A stretch of 38,548 bases of DNA, from contig NKIB01009348.1 of NCBI GenBank assembly GCA_002256025.1, positions 62,001-100,548 of the forward strand, given 5' to 3'. Position numbers and translations under genes: made by a program. Origin of the DNA: Asterionella formosa. Its lineage: Eukaryota. Of the stretch, positions 1 through 10,885 are shown one piece after another. The notes under the pieces are model-generated. The model was not told the DNA's origin, ran no database searches, and worked only from the letters and a program-made list of their open reading frames with translations. How positions within the stretch are numbered: position 1 is the stretch's first letter; each line of letters opens with the position of its first letter.

Positions 1-20
1 CTACCCTGCAGCCTCTGAAA

Positions 21-701
21 ATGCCAACGAGCAACAACATATTTTTATCTATAAATGTGCCTGATGTACCCACGTCTGTTCAGATGTGGAGAGGATCTTG
101 TCCCCCATTGGAACGAACGACTTTGGTTCATGCAAGTCGAGAGCCCATCTTGAGTCGAGCGGCGTGTAAATTCCTCATCGATGAAGCAATCCTTGTTGCC
201 AAGAAACGTGGTTGGACAACAGACAGGCACAAGCAAGCGCCTACCTGTGATATCCCTGCACATGATTTGACTCCTGATGCACAAGTATGGATCCGACAGG
301 CCTTTCACAACGTACTGTTCCCTCTCATTAGTAGCGCATTCATCAATCAGCTTGACCTGAAGGACCTTCGCATCCAAGATTGCTTCGTTGTACGTTACGA
401 TGGGAATAATAGTGGCCCTGGATTTGCTGCGTTGAAACCTCATGAAGATGAATCGTTGATCTCCCTCACTATTGCACTCAACGATATGCATGAATACGAG
501 GGAGGTGGATTGTTTATTAAATCAACGGGAGACTTGTTGAACGGTGATGCAGGAACAATCATGTGCTTCACTGGAGGCTTGCTTCATGGAGGATATCCGG
601 TTTCGGAAGGGACACGGTGGATTTTAACAGCCTTCCTATATCCAGATTCCAATCAGTCGGGAAGACCTCCAGGATATACGTTACAAGGTTTATCCACTTG
701 A
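21..701 (+). CDS. 2OG-Fe(II) dioxygenase, prolyl/lysyl-hydroxylase-like (P4Hc/PLOD C-terminal type); possibly 5'-partial
   Basis: FVVRY..LKPHEDESLISLTIALN..EYEGGG..LLHGGYPVSEGTRWIL gives the HxD...H iron triad and 2OG-binding Arg. The frame is open back to the window start. Confidence 0.85.
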   Translation: MPTSNNIFLSINVPDVPTSVQMWRGSCPPLERTTLVHASREPILSRAACKFLIDEAILVAKKRGWTTDRHKQAPTCDIPAHDLTPDAQVWIRQAFHNVLFPLISSAFINQLDLKDLRIQDCFVVRYDGNNSGPGFAALKPHEDESLISLTIALNDMHEYEGGGLFIKSTGDLLNGDAGTIMCFTGGLLHGGYPVSEGTRWILTAFLYPDSNQSGRPPGYTLQGLST

Positions 702-1178
702 ACGGAAATTTGAGAATGACGAGGGAGGATTCGTTTTCTCACCAAAGCATGCGTTTCGATTCCTAGTCGTATATCTGTATATTGCCTTCCATGACACTTA
801 ATGAAAACCATCAAGGAGCAGCAAGATGAACAGACACGGTGAGAGAACGGAAAAACTTTCTGGTCTGGTCTTTTTTCCTCATTTCCATACTCCCATGTAG
901 CAATATGGACCACACCGTCACAGTCGCCTGTTCGTTGGCTGGACAAATTGAGTGTCAAGGGTGCTTCATTCCCACCTAGTGACATCCATCCATTCTTCGT
1001 GGCATCATCAGATAAGGAGACATAGATCTTTGTTGGATGGTTTCTATCCTATTTCATAATACTAGCGAATGAAATAGGGGGATATAAAACATGTCCTATA
1101 GAAAATTTGGCCATATAAATCAACTATTTGGCCTTTACCTGACCCCATCAGCATCAATCACAAATATCCGATAAAGGC

Positions 1179-1958
1179 TTACTTTGAGACTTGTTCCTCC
1201 TGCTGCTGTTTGGTCAAGAGTCCCCAAATATTGAGCTCTGACATAAATTTACCCACAGTGTCCAAGGATGCCGTTGTCAGTTCGTACCTCTCCAGTTCCA
1301 TGCCAAGCATCTTCACTTGAACTGACAACAACGCGTGGTCCAGGCGGTAGGCCCGCAAGCTAACATCGTCGTCATCGCCACCCGGATCGACCAATGCCAT
1401 CGCACGGGGTGATGGCTTGAACGTTTTCTCCTTCTTGTCGTCCCTTGAACTTTCCTTGACTTGCACTGGCGGCACTGGCGTTGCCTTGTCCACGCAATGT
1501 AGAAAGTGGTTCCACACAATTGTCTGTTGCGCATGGCTTTTCGCAAGCGATACCTTGTCCAGCTGATCTTGCAAATGATCGTGCATTTGCGACTGATAGC
1601 TATTCGCTAATATCGCTCGCTCTCCATAATGCTGCTCGAGGGAGTCTCTCGATTCTTGGAAGAACTCCAGCTGTCGCTGCAGTTCGGCTTCGACCGCTTG
1701 TTTGCTGAGCTGCGTCGTCATAATGTCTCGTTGCAATTGATTCAATAGATTGCGCTTCTTCCCCATGGGAATGAAATTGGGGTTTTCGGCAATGAAATCT
1801 TTCCAGGAGTCTTCAAACTCATGAACCATACGCACATCGGGTTCGGTAAGTTCCATGTCAAGTTCTTCTGGCATTGTGGAAATGCCATCCGTTGAAGCGC
1901 TTTCGAGACGCGAGGGTGAGTTCGAGCATGCACTGTAAGAGGTATCGATGGCGGACAT
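1179..1958 (-). CDS. Hypothetical coiled-coil protein, distant paralog of 12039..13319
   Basis: 259-aa ORF with Q/E/L-rich heptad character; colinear motifs shared with the 12039 protein. Confidence 0.75.
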   Translation of the reverse strand: MSAIDTSYSACSNSPSRLESASTDGISTMPEELDMELTEPDVRMVHEFEDSWKDFIAENPNFIPMGKKRNLLNQLQRDIMTTQLSKQAVEAELQRQLEFFQESRDSLEQHYGERAILANSYQSQMHDHLQDQLDKVSLAKSHAQQTIVWNHFLHCVDKATPVPPVQVKESSRDDKKEKTFKPSPRAMALVDPGGDDDDVSLRAYRLDHALLSVQVKMLGMELERYELTTASLDTVGKFMSELNIWGLLTKQQQEEQVSK

Positions 1959-2479
1959 GGTCTATTGTGGAAGGCTGGGTGAGAGATGAGGGAACGCAAA
2001 CTTTGCAATGGCACACAAATGGTTTTGAGTCTGTGTCCGGTCATCACGGTGCATTGGCGTTTCTTCTGTACAGTACACCGAGTACCTGGTACCTGTACTA
2101 CATTGCTACTGAGAATGCATACATGTAGTACAAGCAATCCTCAAGAATATTGTTTTCATAATGCAGCCTGCATGAAGTATCGTGACGTCGAGTCGCCTTA
2201 CCGGTACCTAAGAATATGTAACAGTGATGAGAATACCACAGATCTTTTCTTTGGCGATAGACGAGGCTGCTGCATGGGGTGCCGGCCGGCTTACCCGGTA
2301 GCTAAAAGGTGAGCGAGGCGAGCAGGATGAGGAGACGGACTTCAACCTCGAGCTGCGAACTACCGGTAGTATACCGGTAATAACATTCTATCGACGACCA
2401 ACGATGTACGGTACCAGGTACCAGGTAACCTGGTTGTCATAATGTATGTGTAGCCAGGGTGAGAATTCAGGACTCTGAG

Positions 2480-2579
2480 TACCAGCAAGTTGCGGTAATT
2501 TTGCTTAAAGTAAAAGTTTAGCTATCTTTATCCCATATTAAATTGTTAGTTCAAGCAAAATTTCCGCAACTTGCTGGTA
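2480..2579. mobile_element. ~96-bp MITE with TA target-site duplication (Tc1/mariner-type ends CCAG...CTGG)
   Basis: TA|CCAGCAAGTTGCGGTAATTTTGCTTAAA ... TTCAAGCAAAATTTCCGCAACTTGCTGG|TA: ~28-bp inverted repeat with 2 mismatches, weaker similarity further in, TA on both sides. Confidence 0.75.
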
Positions 2580-3287
2580 CCCTGGTAACGGTACAATATT
2601 TTCTATCCGGTGTAGATGCGTATAAATTATCCATCCCAAACCGTGATTACTGGCATTTTTACTCCGTTTATGCTACCTGGTACTGAAATTCTATTTATTT
2701 CCTGTCATCAGCGATGACGCATATCTTAGTGAATTCGAAAGCACAATTGCCCTACGGTTGTCAGGATTTAACAAGTAGGTTCTGGGTACTGGTACTGGTA
2801 CCCTGGTCAACTTCTTCATGACAAATTAACAGTTCTTACTAACTACCGGTAGGTTCAAAAATTGCGTTTACTCCTTTTAGCGGTGCTTGCAGTTCAAAAG
2901 TCGTGATAGGCGGTGGCTTACAGTTTTTTCGGTGGTACCAGGTACCAGGTGCTCATTTGCTCTATCTTACGGTTGATCATCACTGTGTTTTCTCATATAT
3001 GATGCATAGAGTGCCAGTAGACTATCTACAGTAAATACTGGTCTACCGGTATACCATGTATGTAGGAGTTCCTAGTACGGTATGCCAGCAATTCCTGCTC
3101 CATCAGCTATCATCTTGCCACTCAAGAACGTTGGCTAGAGAATCCATGACAAAAATAACAAATATCTACATGGAAAATGCGAACGATGATATGCTATTTG
3201 TTACATGTATTATGCATTATATAAACAATACAATTGTAGAAGAACCATTGTAATATCACTAATATTGACAACGAAAATGGAAGTCCA

Positions 3288-3489
3288 TGATGGCGCATTT
3301 TTTCACGTAGTTTAGAGATGATGCACAATTCAAAATGATTAAGTTATGACGAGATTTGTCACTTTCAAAGTATGCAACACTCTACACACTGATGGCGCAT
3401 TTCTTCACATAGTTTAGAGGTGATGCACAGTTCAAAACAATTAAGTTGTGACGAGATTTGTCACTTTCAAAGTATGCAAAACTCTACAC
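3288..3489. repeat. Tandem duplication, 102-bp unit x2
   Basis: TGATGGCGCATTT...CTTTCAAAGTATGCAA.ACTCTACAC starts at 3288 and 3390, with few substitutions. Confidence 0.9.
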
Positions 3490-3633
3490 TTGGGTAATCT
3501 GTAGGGCAAACCAAATTTTTTTGGTTCTCTTTCTTTAATAATATCAATTAGCCAGTTAAAAAGTCCATTGATATTTTCAAAATGACTCTTTTGTTTACAA
3601 TTACTGATCCAGTTGGTGACTACAGCCATATGA

Positions 3634-3728
3634 CTAGACGTGTGCTGACAACTCCTAGAACTTGCTGACAATGATTAGAAGTTGCTGGCAATGAATAGAA
3701 TTTGCTTACTACAACTAGAAGTTACTGA
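3634..3728. repeat. Degenerate ~20-bp minisatellite (TAGAA.TTGCTGACAA) x4-5
   Basis: ctagacgtgtgctgacaa / ctagaacttgctgacaa / ttagaagttgctggcaa / atagaatttgctta / ctagaagttactga. Confidence 0.6.
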
Positions 3729-4195
3729 GTGATTTGTGAACCAGCCATATAAGCAAAGGGTCATCTTCCATTTGGTGAATACTACTACCAGTAGGAGTAG
3801 GTGAACATGATTGAGATGATCAGAACACGACTTTTTTTAATGAATGATAATTTAACATGATAGAAAGTAACTTACTTAGGGAGTTTGGAATGGAAAGCCA
3901 GCCTATCTTGTCTGGTAGGCATGCATGGGATGAATCACTGGGAGTGAGTCGAAAGTGAAGAAGTGCGCATAAAACGTGCGCCACCGGCCTTTCAGCTTGG
4001 TGCCACAATACTAACGTTACCTGGTAGTAAATGGCTGTAGTGAATGCGAGCGAAGGTCAAAGAAGGTTGTACAGCAGTCAGTATGCCAGTAACGGCAACG
4101 GACCACATGACCCAAACAACAAATTAGATTCGTTCGCCACTTCACTAACCACACCCTCTTTCTAATTTCTAATTTACCTCGTCTCTTGCAGAACA

Positions 4196-4780
4196 ATGCG
4201 AACTGCCATCATGTCAGCTGCCAAGAAAATCAGGATGACTCCTGCCCAAACGCGCAGCATCACTATCGGTACTGATCTCAAACCAGTTTCGCACACTTGG
4301 CAAAAGGCCCGGCCGTGGTACATGTCTGATGCTGATGGATCCAACTTGGCCAAAGACAACGCCCTTAGTATGGAAGATATTTTCAAGGGGAAAACAGTGG
4401 CTGTCTTTGGGGTCCCTGCCCCCTTTACAGGTACATGCTCCAATGAGCACTACCCTCCGTACAAGGCCTCCGCCGAGGACTTTCTGGCTCAAGGGGTGGA
4501 CGAGTTGATCTGCTACGCCGTGGCAGACCCATATTCGCATTACAATTGGGGCAAGGATCTCAAGAATGATTTTGATAAAATCACCTTCTTGGCGGATGTG
4601 GATTGTGAGTGGGCCAAGGAGTTTGAGTTAAGCAGAGATTTTTCCGGGTGTTCCTTGGGCCATAGGTCGGCCCGATTCAGCATGTTGGTTAAAGATGGAA
4701 TTGTCAAGTCCTTCAATCTCGTGGAAGTTGCCAATAAGGATGCTGAGGTATTGTTGGCCGATGTCAAGGCGAACAAATAA
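4196..4780 (+). CDS. Peroxiredoxin, Prx5/type II (Redoxin family), probably mitochondrial
   Basis: FKGKTVAVFGVPAPFTGTCSNEHYP (PxxxTxxC peroxidatic motif) and RSARFSMLVKDGIV (catalytic Arg). The basic, acid-free N-terminus resembles a mitochondrial transit peptide. Confidence 0.92.
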   Translation: MRTAIMSAAKKIRMTPAQTRSITIGTDLKPVSHTWQKARPWYMSDADGSNLAKDNALSMEDIFKGKTVAVFGVPAPFTGTCSNEHYPPYKASAEDFLAQGVDELICYAVADPYSHYNWGKDLKNDFDKITFLADVDCEWAKEFELSRDFSGCSLGHRSARFSMLVKDGIVKSFNLVEVANKDAEVLLADVKANK

Positions 4781-5212
4781 TGTATGTGAATCAGTGATTC
4801 ACTATGTCAGAGCATCGATGGGGTCGATTGCATCGGCAGGAAGGATCCTAACGTTTATAGGTAGCCCTTTGTCAGCATCAACATAAAACCGGTAAAATCT
4901 ATAAAAAGTCACAAAAAGGAGGATTACTCTCACTCAAGAAAAGCTATCTCGGGGTTCATTATTACAACCATAATCACTCCCAGCCTCTCACCAAAAATTG
5001 AAGATTGCGCATTTTCTAGCCGTACTGCACTATTATCGCTCGGAGTTGTCAGGGTCGCTTCCGATGAAACCTTACTGATATTAGACAAGCTGAAATGGAA
5101 TCTAAATTAAAAATATTTTCGATTCGACAATTAATTGTTGTAATTACATTCGTGTGCCGTTTGTGAATCGAAATCGAACTTACATGGTCACTCAGCAAAT
5201 GGCATGGGCTCA

Positions 5213-5977
5213 TCATTTATCTTGTCTGTAAACCGAGCTTGCAGAACCAAGCTGAGCTGTTGCGAAAACACCCAAACTAATTGAAAAGCCCAGCAAGACA
5301 CCCAAACCAAGGGTAAAGTTAGGTTCCACCACGTTCACAATGAAATTGTCAATATCTGCAGGGAGGGCATTGCCAGAAGACGCTTGCCAAGCTTCCGCCG
5401 TGATTCCCAATCCAGCTAGAACAAACACAACAGTCGTCACAGCAAGGCCAATTTTCAAGAAGCGATCAATTCCCACCAGCACTGGTGTGGGAAGTGCCGC
5501 CATGATATCAAACTCCTCCGCTTCAGTAGCTTTCTTCCAAGCAGCTTGCTTATTCATCATTTCTTGCTTCTTTTCCAATAGTTTGGCTTCACGTTGCTGT
5601 TCTTCGAGCGTGCGTAGACCGTACTTCTGCGCCAACAGCTGCTTCGCGCGTTCTTCTGGAGGCAAGCTGGGGTCAAGCTCAATATCCGGGAAAGGACTGT
5701 ATATGGCGGGTCTCTCACTTGAACCTCTGGATTCAACACTCTGGAGGCCAACATCACTATTCCTTACAGATTGTTCATTACTTGATACCTTGGGAGTCTC
5801 AATTTCAAGTGACTCAGTCACTTTGCCAAATCCCTTGGATGTGCTGCCTTGCTTTCCATTCTTCTTTGCAAAACGAATACTTAAATATTGTGTCTTTCTT
5901 AAGGCAGGCTGAAAAGCCATTGCGTGAAGGAGACCCCAGAGCGAAACCAGACACACTGTCAGTTTTTGCTTGTTCAT
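5213..5977 (-). CDS. Hypothetical plastid-targeted membrane protein (two C-terminal TM helices)
   Basis: Signal peptide ending HAMA|FQP (ASAFAP-like) followed by a basic transit peptide; hydrophobic IGLAVTTVVFVLAGLGITA and FTLGLGVLLGFSISLGVFA. Confidence 0.8.
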   Translation of the reverse strand: MNKQKLTVCLVSLWGLLHAMAFQPALRKTQYLSIRFAKKNGKQGSTSKGFGKVTESLEIETPKVSSNEQSVRNSDVGLQSVESRGSSERPAIYSPFPDIELDPSLPPEERAKQLLAQKYGLRTLEEQQREAKLLEKKQEMMNKQAAWKKATEAEEFDIMAALPTPVLVGIDRFLKIGLAVTTVVFVLAGLGITAEAWQASSGNALPADIDNFIVNVVEPNFTLGLGVLLGFSISLGVFATAQLGSASSVYRQDK

Positions 5978-6104
5978 TGATGAGTTGTTTCTTTGGGAAG
6001 AAATGGTTTTGCCTTAATGTCACCAACAGTGTCTGTCGCAAAATTGGAATTGAAACGAATGAGACAGGCGGAAATACTCATGGATATAAAGGCTGGCTGT
6101 ACAT

Positions 6105-6490
6105 ATAGTACCTGGTACATAACACTGTTTTGGTATCAGGTACCTGGTACCAGTACCAGGTATGCGATCATGGAATCATAACACGCACTGGTATCATGTA
6201 CATGCATCTACATAAAGTATCCTATCAGGTAGGTACCATAGCAAGCAATACGGGTAGACTCAACATACGGTAGACTCCCGGGGGGGTACCAGGTACTGTA
6301 CACAATATACCGGTACATTACATAGGAGTACCGGTAGTATAGTATACCAGTACCGGTAGTTGCAACGGGTAGCCTACTGGTATTGAGCAATAAAATTACC
6401 GCTATAAAATTCCGGTATATGCCGCTACAATTAACATTGTATCTCTACCAACAGTGTACCTGGTATGGATGGAACCAGGTATCGGGTATA
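6105..6490. repeat. Cluster of TACC(A/T)GGTA / TACCGGTA / TACCAGTA motifs upstream of 5977(-)
   Basis: e.g. aggtacctggtaccagtaccaggta at ~6138-6162 and taccagtaccggta at ~6345-6358. Confidence 0.8.
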
Positions 6491-6612
6491 CCACAAAGTC
6501 GTATCTGTGAGTTAGTTTGTACTGGAACTTAGGGTACATGCGTGTGCTTGAACTATGATCCTTTTCCGCCAAATTTTCAATCTTTGTACCGGTGATGGTA
6601 GTACCAGGTACG

Positions 6613-6839
6613 TCGGTGCTATCTTTTCGTTGGTACCTGTTACCTGGTACTATACATCTGTTGACAGCCTTGCATCATGATACAAACATATTTGATGTAG
6701 TATCATCACTACAATGTACCGGTGCTGGTAGTACCTTCGGTCTGATCTTTTCGTTGGGTACCAGGTACCAGGTACTATACATCTGTTTACAGCCTTGCAT
6801 CATGATATAAACATTTTTAATGTAGTATCATCACTACAA
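6613..6839. repeat. Tandem duplication of ~100 bp (period ~125)
   Basis: ATCTTTTCGTTGG...TACTATACATCTGTT.ACAGCCTTGCATCATGATA...GTAGTATCATCACTACAA occurs twice. Confidence 0.85.
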
Positions 6840-7648
6840 ACAAGTGAGTGTGATGTATACCGGTAAACTTTTGCTTTATTACAATTTTATACCTGAATAT
6901 TCTTTTTCTGCTCCCAGGCAATAGATCAAGTCTACATTCAATCGTATGCACATACTGTACAATTAAATGCTGTAGTATGAATGATCACAACGCCATGTAC
7001 AGTACACCTCAGTCACAACAATTTCTTCTTCGGCATTTTGACCAGCACCCGTTCGTACATTCACCGTTCTCTACTAGTACAACATGCCTGTAGAACCGAG
7101 TCAACATGTCACCATCAATCGTGCAATACCCTACATAAAACATTGGTACCTGGTGCTCCAACTCCATTTCAGATAGAGAACCGTGACTTGTGACAGGCTT
7201 GCCTTATTTGCTATTAAAGTTTACAAACTTGAAAAATACCGATACTCCTTTACTGATATCAATAATCGGTATGATATGTTTAAGTTTTAATACCGGTAGG
7301 ACACGGTAGGACAAATAAGTATTATTTCATCGTACTGGTAATAAGTAATCAACTGTCATGAACGATTCAGGCTTCCGAAATACAAATTCTTGATAACATA
7401 TCGTATTTATAGACAAGGACACAGTTTTGAGTCTGACAATCAATCAATCAATCGTTCACCTTTGGAACCGATAAATGTTTTATATGTTCACCTGTCGACT
7501 CTTCTGAGTGAGGCAAAGAGCGCTATCTCACAATCTTCTTGCCAAATACTAGCATTATAGTTGCAAGGACTTTCCATTGACACAAACACAGAACAAAGGA
7601 ACTACCTCACACTAGCATCGCAAAATTGATGAGAACAGCAACCACACG

Positions 7649-8431
7649 ATGATGTATAAACGTGAAAATATTGCTTCCGACCTTAAGAAGCCACACACTT
7701 CACTGACGGGCTCGCACGAAACACTCATATGTAGTGAACTGAACCTTGCTGACTCTCTTGATATGGAACCATTGCCATTCGAATATAATTACAGCACTCC
7801 TCACATTGCACAATGCAAAATCGAAGAAACGCTAGACTTTTGTGATATTAATGATCCTCGCGAAATAACGCAGGGTAAAAGGGTTCGATTTCGTAGCGAC
7901 TGCGCCCAGTCTGTTGAGGTACCAATTAACACTGAAGAAGACAAAGCAAGCAAGTGGTATTCACGATCTGATTTAGAGTATATGAAATACAAGGCCCGAA
8001 CCTTGTCTGAAGAAATTCATCAACGAAATTCTCTTACATTCCATACCTTGCCCTACAAGGACATAATTTCAAAAGCATATGAGGATTGCATGAGGGTAGG
8101 AAAGCCAACCCGTAGGAACTTACAGGGGCTGTTCACATGGATTTCCAAGGGGCATTCAAGGCGAGGATTGGAACGATGGAGCGTCCCGCGAGTAGGAAAA
8201 CATCGACGGTGGCGACAAGCTCGAGTGATTCATCACGTCCTGAAAGAGCAACAAGAAGTAAAACCAATGGAGTCGGTGAGATCCCGAATGAAACGGCTTC
8301 GCGAAACATCTGAGTTATATTCGTTGGCAGCCAAGAATTTTGCAGAAGCACTGGGAAAGGCCGACGAAGTGGCTGCCAAGGATGTTTATATTGACGATGC
8401 CACTACAAGGGAACCTTCTGGTTCGATTTGA
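7649..8431 (+). CDS. Diatom-type hypothetical protein (KRVRF...WYS...RGLE family)
   Basis: 260-aa ORF with KRVRF, WYSRSDL, SRRGLE, VLKEQ and SLAAKNFAEALGKADE, a motif order I recognise from an expanded diatom family of unknown function. Confidence 0.75.
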   Translation: MMYKRENIASDLKKPHTSLTGSHETLICSELNLADSLDMEPLPFEYNYSTPHIAQCKIEETLDFCDINDPREITQGKRVRFRSDCAQSVEVPINTEEDKASKWYSRSDLEYMKYKARTLSEEIHQRNSLTFHTLPYKDIISKAYEDCMRVGKPTRRNLQGLFTWISKGHSRRGLERWSVPRVGKHRRWRQARVIHHVLKEQQEVKPMESVRSRMKRLRETSELYSLAAKNFAEALGKADEVAAKDVYIDDATTREPSGSI

Positions 8432-8876
8432 TATATGAAGAGAGAGCCAACTATACCCACTATGATTCTACTTCTGAAAAAAATGTAATGAAAGGGAAAT
8501 TGAAAGGACAGCATCAAAGCCTGGCTCATTCGAAACAAAATCCCTTTCTTACTTTCGTAGAATAATCCTTCTTATTTACTACGTACTGTCAGCACGAGAA
8601 TTTCGACCCGTGTGTTGTGAATAACAATGAACTATAATGCGCAGCAGAGTTGCCGACTGATCTCATCTAGTATATCATGGTCCGTCCAAGTCTTTGTAAG
8701 CCACAATCGTCTTCAGCGGCGATCATAGGTGTCAAGGAGAATCATTATGTTTCACCCTTAGTGATATAACATGTCGTTTGGGTACAAACCGATTCCCACA
8801 TCGGGCGCTTTTGTTTTGTTTCTCCTAGCTGTGTTCATCATTGCATCATATGATCGTTTCTGCAGCACCAATCTAC

Positions 8877-9887
8877 CTAGTCCATCGCCGCTGGCGGGAA
8901 AAACTCTTGGTACTTTTGTTCGTAAATCATGGTTCGTCGCCTAAATGGCGAAGAAATGACCCGATGAAGGGTCGGTGTAAGGCCGTTTGTATTCGCAGCT
9001 AATGCCTTTCCAAGAAAGAGCACCATCGCTGTCTCATCATTAGCCAATACGGAAAATATTGGTGATGATGGTCCATCGCAAGTGATCCACTCGTGGCTGG
9101 ACTGACAGTAGACTTGCAACCCCTCAGTTTCGGCCAAGAATGGTTCCAAGACAAATAAGCTTGGATCTACATGTTCCTTAACATTGATAGTGACATCAGC
9201 TATTCCTGTTATATTTCCCGACTGTCGAGCGGCTTTTGATGACTCATCGTTAAAATAATGCATGGCATAAAGAACAGAAAAGTCCCCAGGTCGATCAGGA
9301 ATAAAATCCCGTTGACTATAGTCGGCCTTGATCCAACAGTGTCCTCCGCTATTTGGTCGCGCCTTGACATTGTATCCAACGATCAAATCCAAGCAAATGT
9401 CACAAACGTGTCGACAAAGCGCCATTCCCTGTAACCATGCTTGTCTCGCATCAGTCGTCGGCCAGGGTTGATCGTCGACCGCGCCGCAGTTGACCCTAAA
9501 GGCTTCTCGAATGTCATCACAAAGTTCGTACCCAGTCTTCCACATGGGAACTCCCTTTTCAGATAAGTAGACTTCTCCTTGTAATAAGTGCTGTGCGTGT
9601 CGTTGTCGTGGCGATGACGGAAAGAAATCTGTGCATAGGGATTGCCTCATCCGATTGACAACTTGAGCTGCTTTGGATGAACGTTTCATTTTGAGAATGA
9701 CATGGCCATGAGTGAACAGCAATCTCCAAAGTTTTTCTTTGACTGTATCTTTTGAATCCAAAGAACTGTGGAGCAAATCGGACAGTTCCATAACTGGAAG
9801 CGACTTCTTGCCACTAATACTCGCACAGCTCAAGACTGTGAATCGATGAGTCTTGTAGAGCTGCAAAGAAGCGATCGGAGTGGACAT
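8877..9887 (-). CDS. 2OG-Fe(II) dioxygenase, isopenicillin N synthase-like (DIOX) fold
   Basis: LYAMHY, KEHVDPSLF (HxD), EGLQV..EWI, VLFLGKAL, PTLHRVI (distal His), RRTMIY. The true start could be a downstream Met. Confidence 0.82.
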   Translation of the reverse strand: MSTPIASLQLYKTHRFTVLSCASISGKKSLPVMELSDLLHSSLDSKDTVKEKLWRLLFTHGHVILKMKRSSKAAQVVNRMRQSLCTDFFPSSPRQRHAQHLLQGEVYLSEKGVPMWKTGYELCDDIREAFRVNCGAVDDQPWPTTDARQAWLQGMALCRHVCDICLDLIVGYNVKARPNSGGHCWIKADYSQRDFIPDRPGDFSVLYAMHYFNDESSKAARQSGNITGIADVTINVKEHVDPSLFVLEPFLAETEGLQVYCQSSHEWITCDGPSSPIFSVLANDETAMVLFLGKALAANTNGLTPTLHRVISSPFRRRTMIYEQKYQEFFPPAAMD

Positions 9888-10000
9888 TATGGTGCTTGAC
9901 CGAAAGAGATGTATGTGTTGAGAAACCGAAACATAGCCCGAATGAAAAGGAAGGACGTGATATAATCATTCCACAGGGAGGTTCCTGAAATGAACAAGGT

Positions 10001-10061
10001 GTCGTACTTGGTGCGGAGAGTAGGTGTAGCTCCCTCAAGAAGTCCTAACAGCCAAAGCAAG
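10001..10061. repeat. ~60-bp dispersed direct repeat, copy 1 (copy 2 at ~11561..11635)
   Basis: tcgtacttggtgcggagagtaggtgtagctccctcaagaagtcctaacagc vs tcgtactaggtgcggagaaTACCGtaggtgtagcTAGCtcccgaaagaagtccTACCTGtaacagc. Confidence 0.75.
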
Positions 10062-10071
10062 AAATATGCGA

Positions 10072-10885
10072 GCAATTCCCGCTCCAGCTATCGTGTTGCC
10101 ATTCGGGTAGACCTACTTCTAAGTAATTTTTAGGCTATAAGGAACAGTAATTTGATAGGTTATTTACATTAGGGGCAATATGGGCATGACAGCCAGAATA
10201 ACGGTAATATACATAGAAATGGTAAAACAAGCATCAAACACACGAGAATGATTGTAACATACAATATCAACGAAAATTGCCATGATCTTAGGAGCAACCA
10301 ATGTATGTTATGCACTGTAATAAGTATTGTCAAATGAGGAATAGAAAATATTGTTTTGGGTTAGAAATAAAGGAAAAAATAGGAGTTTCAGTGGAGACGT
10401 ATGCATTGTAGTACTTACACAGGCAACATAGACTTTCCGTCACACAATCGATGACCGAAATAATACAGAACAGAAAAAAAACTGAACCCAATTGAGATCT
10501 GCATCATTATGTAGCATAGATGATCTGGTTGCTACAACCATCATGCACGTAGCTGTAGTAGCCTGATACAAACCCACCAAACAACCCTGATCATTCCATT
10601 CCAATCCATTCTGATTGAGTATGATCACTACTAGGCTGCTCCAGCACTAGTATCGACTCCCTCTAGCTGAATATTGATACGTAGAACTTGTATTAGAAAG
10701 GTAGCAAAGTTAGAACAAGAAAAGCATTGCTTGGCAGCAATATTGACATCATGCTCAACAACTATACAAATCAACAAATCAGATCAACAATGGCATGATA
10801 CATCTTCAAAGAGCTCTTCAAAGAGAAGTCATTGATAAAAAAAAATTGGTTTTTATGTCAATAAATACAATCAAAACAAAACAAT
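10072..10885 (-). mobile_element. Isolated copy of 'arm A' of the hairpin-linked element; inverted copy of ~35455..36325
   Basis: Begins GCAATTCCCGCTCCAGCTATCGTG. Colinear reverse-complement similarity, e.g. ATAGAAAATATTGTTTTGGGTTAGAAAT and TATCGACTCCCTCTAGCTGAATAT. Confidence 0.85.

Noticed and set aside
653..1182. Extra gene or spliced extension of 1179..1958 (stop overlaps GTAAGC; similar GTAAGT at ~13316)
   Set aside because: Candidate splice joins give only short non-descript tails, and the 653..985 ORF has no recognisable motif. Needs RNA-seq.
5340..5912. Long antisense ORFs over real genes (also 45..491, 12426..12956)
   Set aside because: Shadow frames of the coding strand with no independent support.
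21..9887. Redox or biosynthetic gene cluster (two 2OG oxygenases plus peroxiredoxin)
   Set aside because: Different oxygenase subfamilies, unrelated intervening genes and no scaffold-forming enzyme; adjacency is unremarkable in a compact genome.
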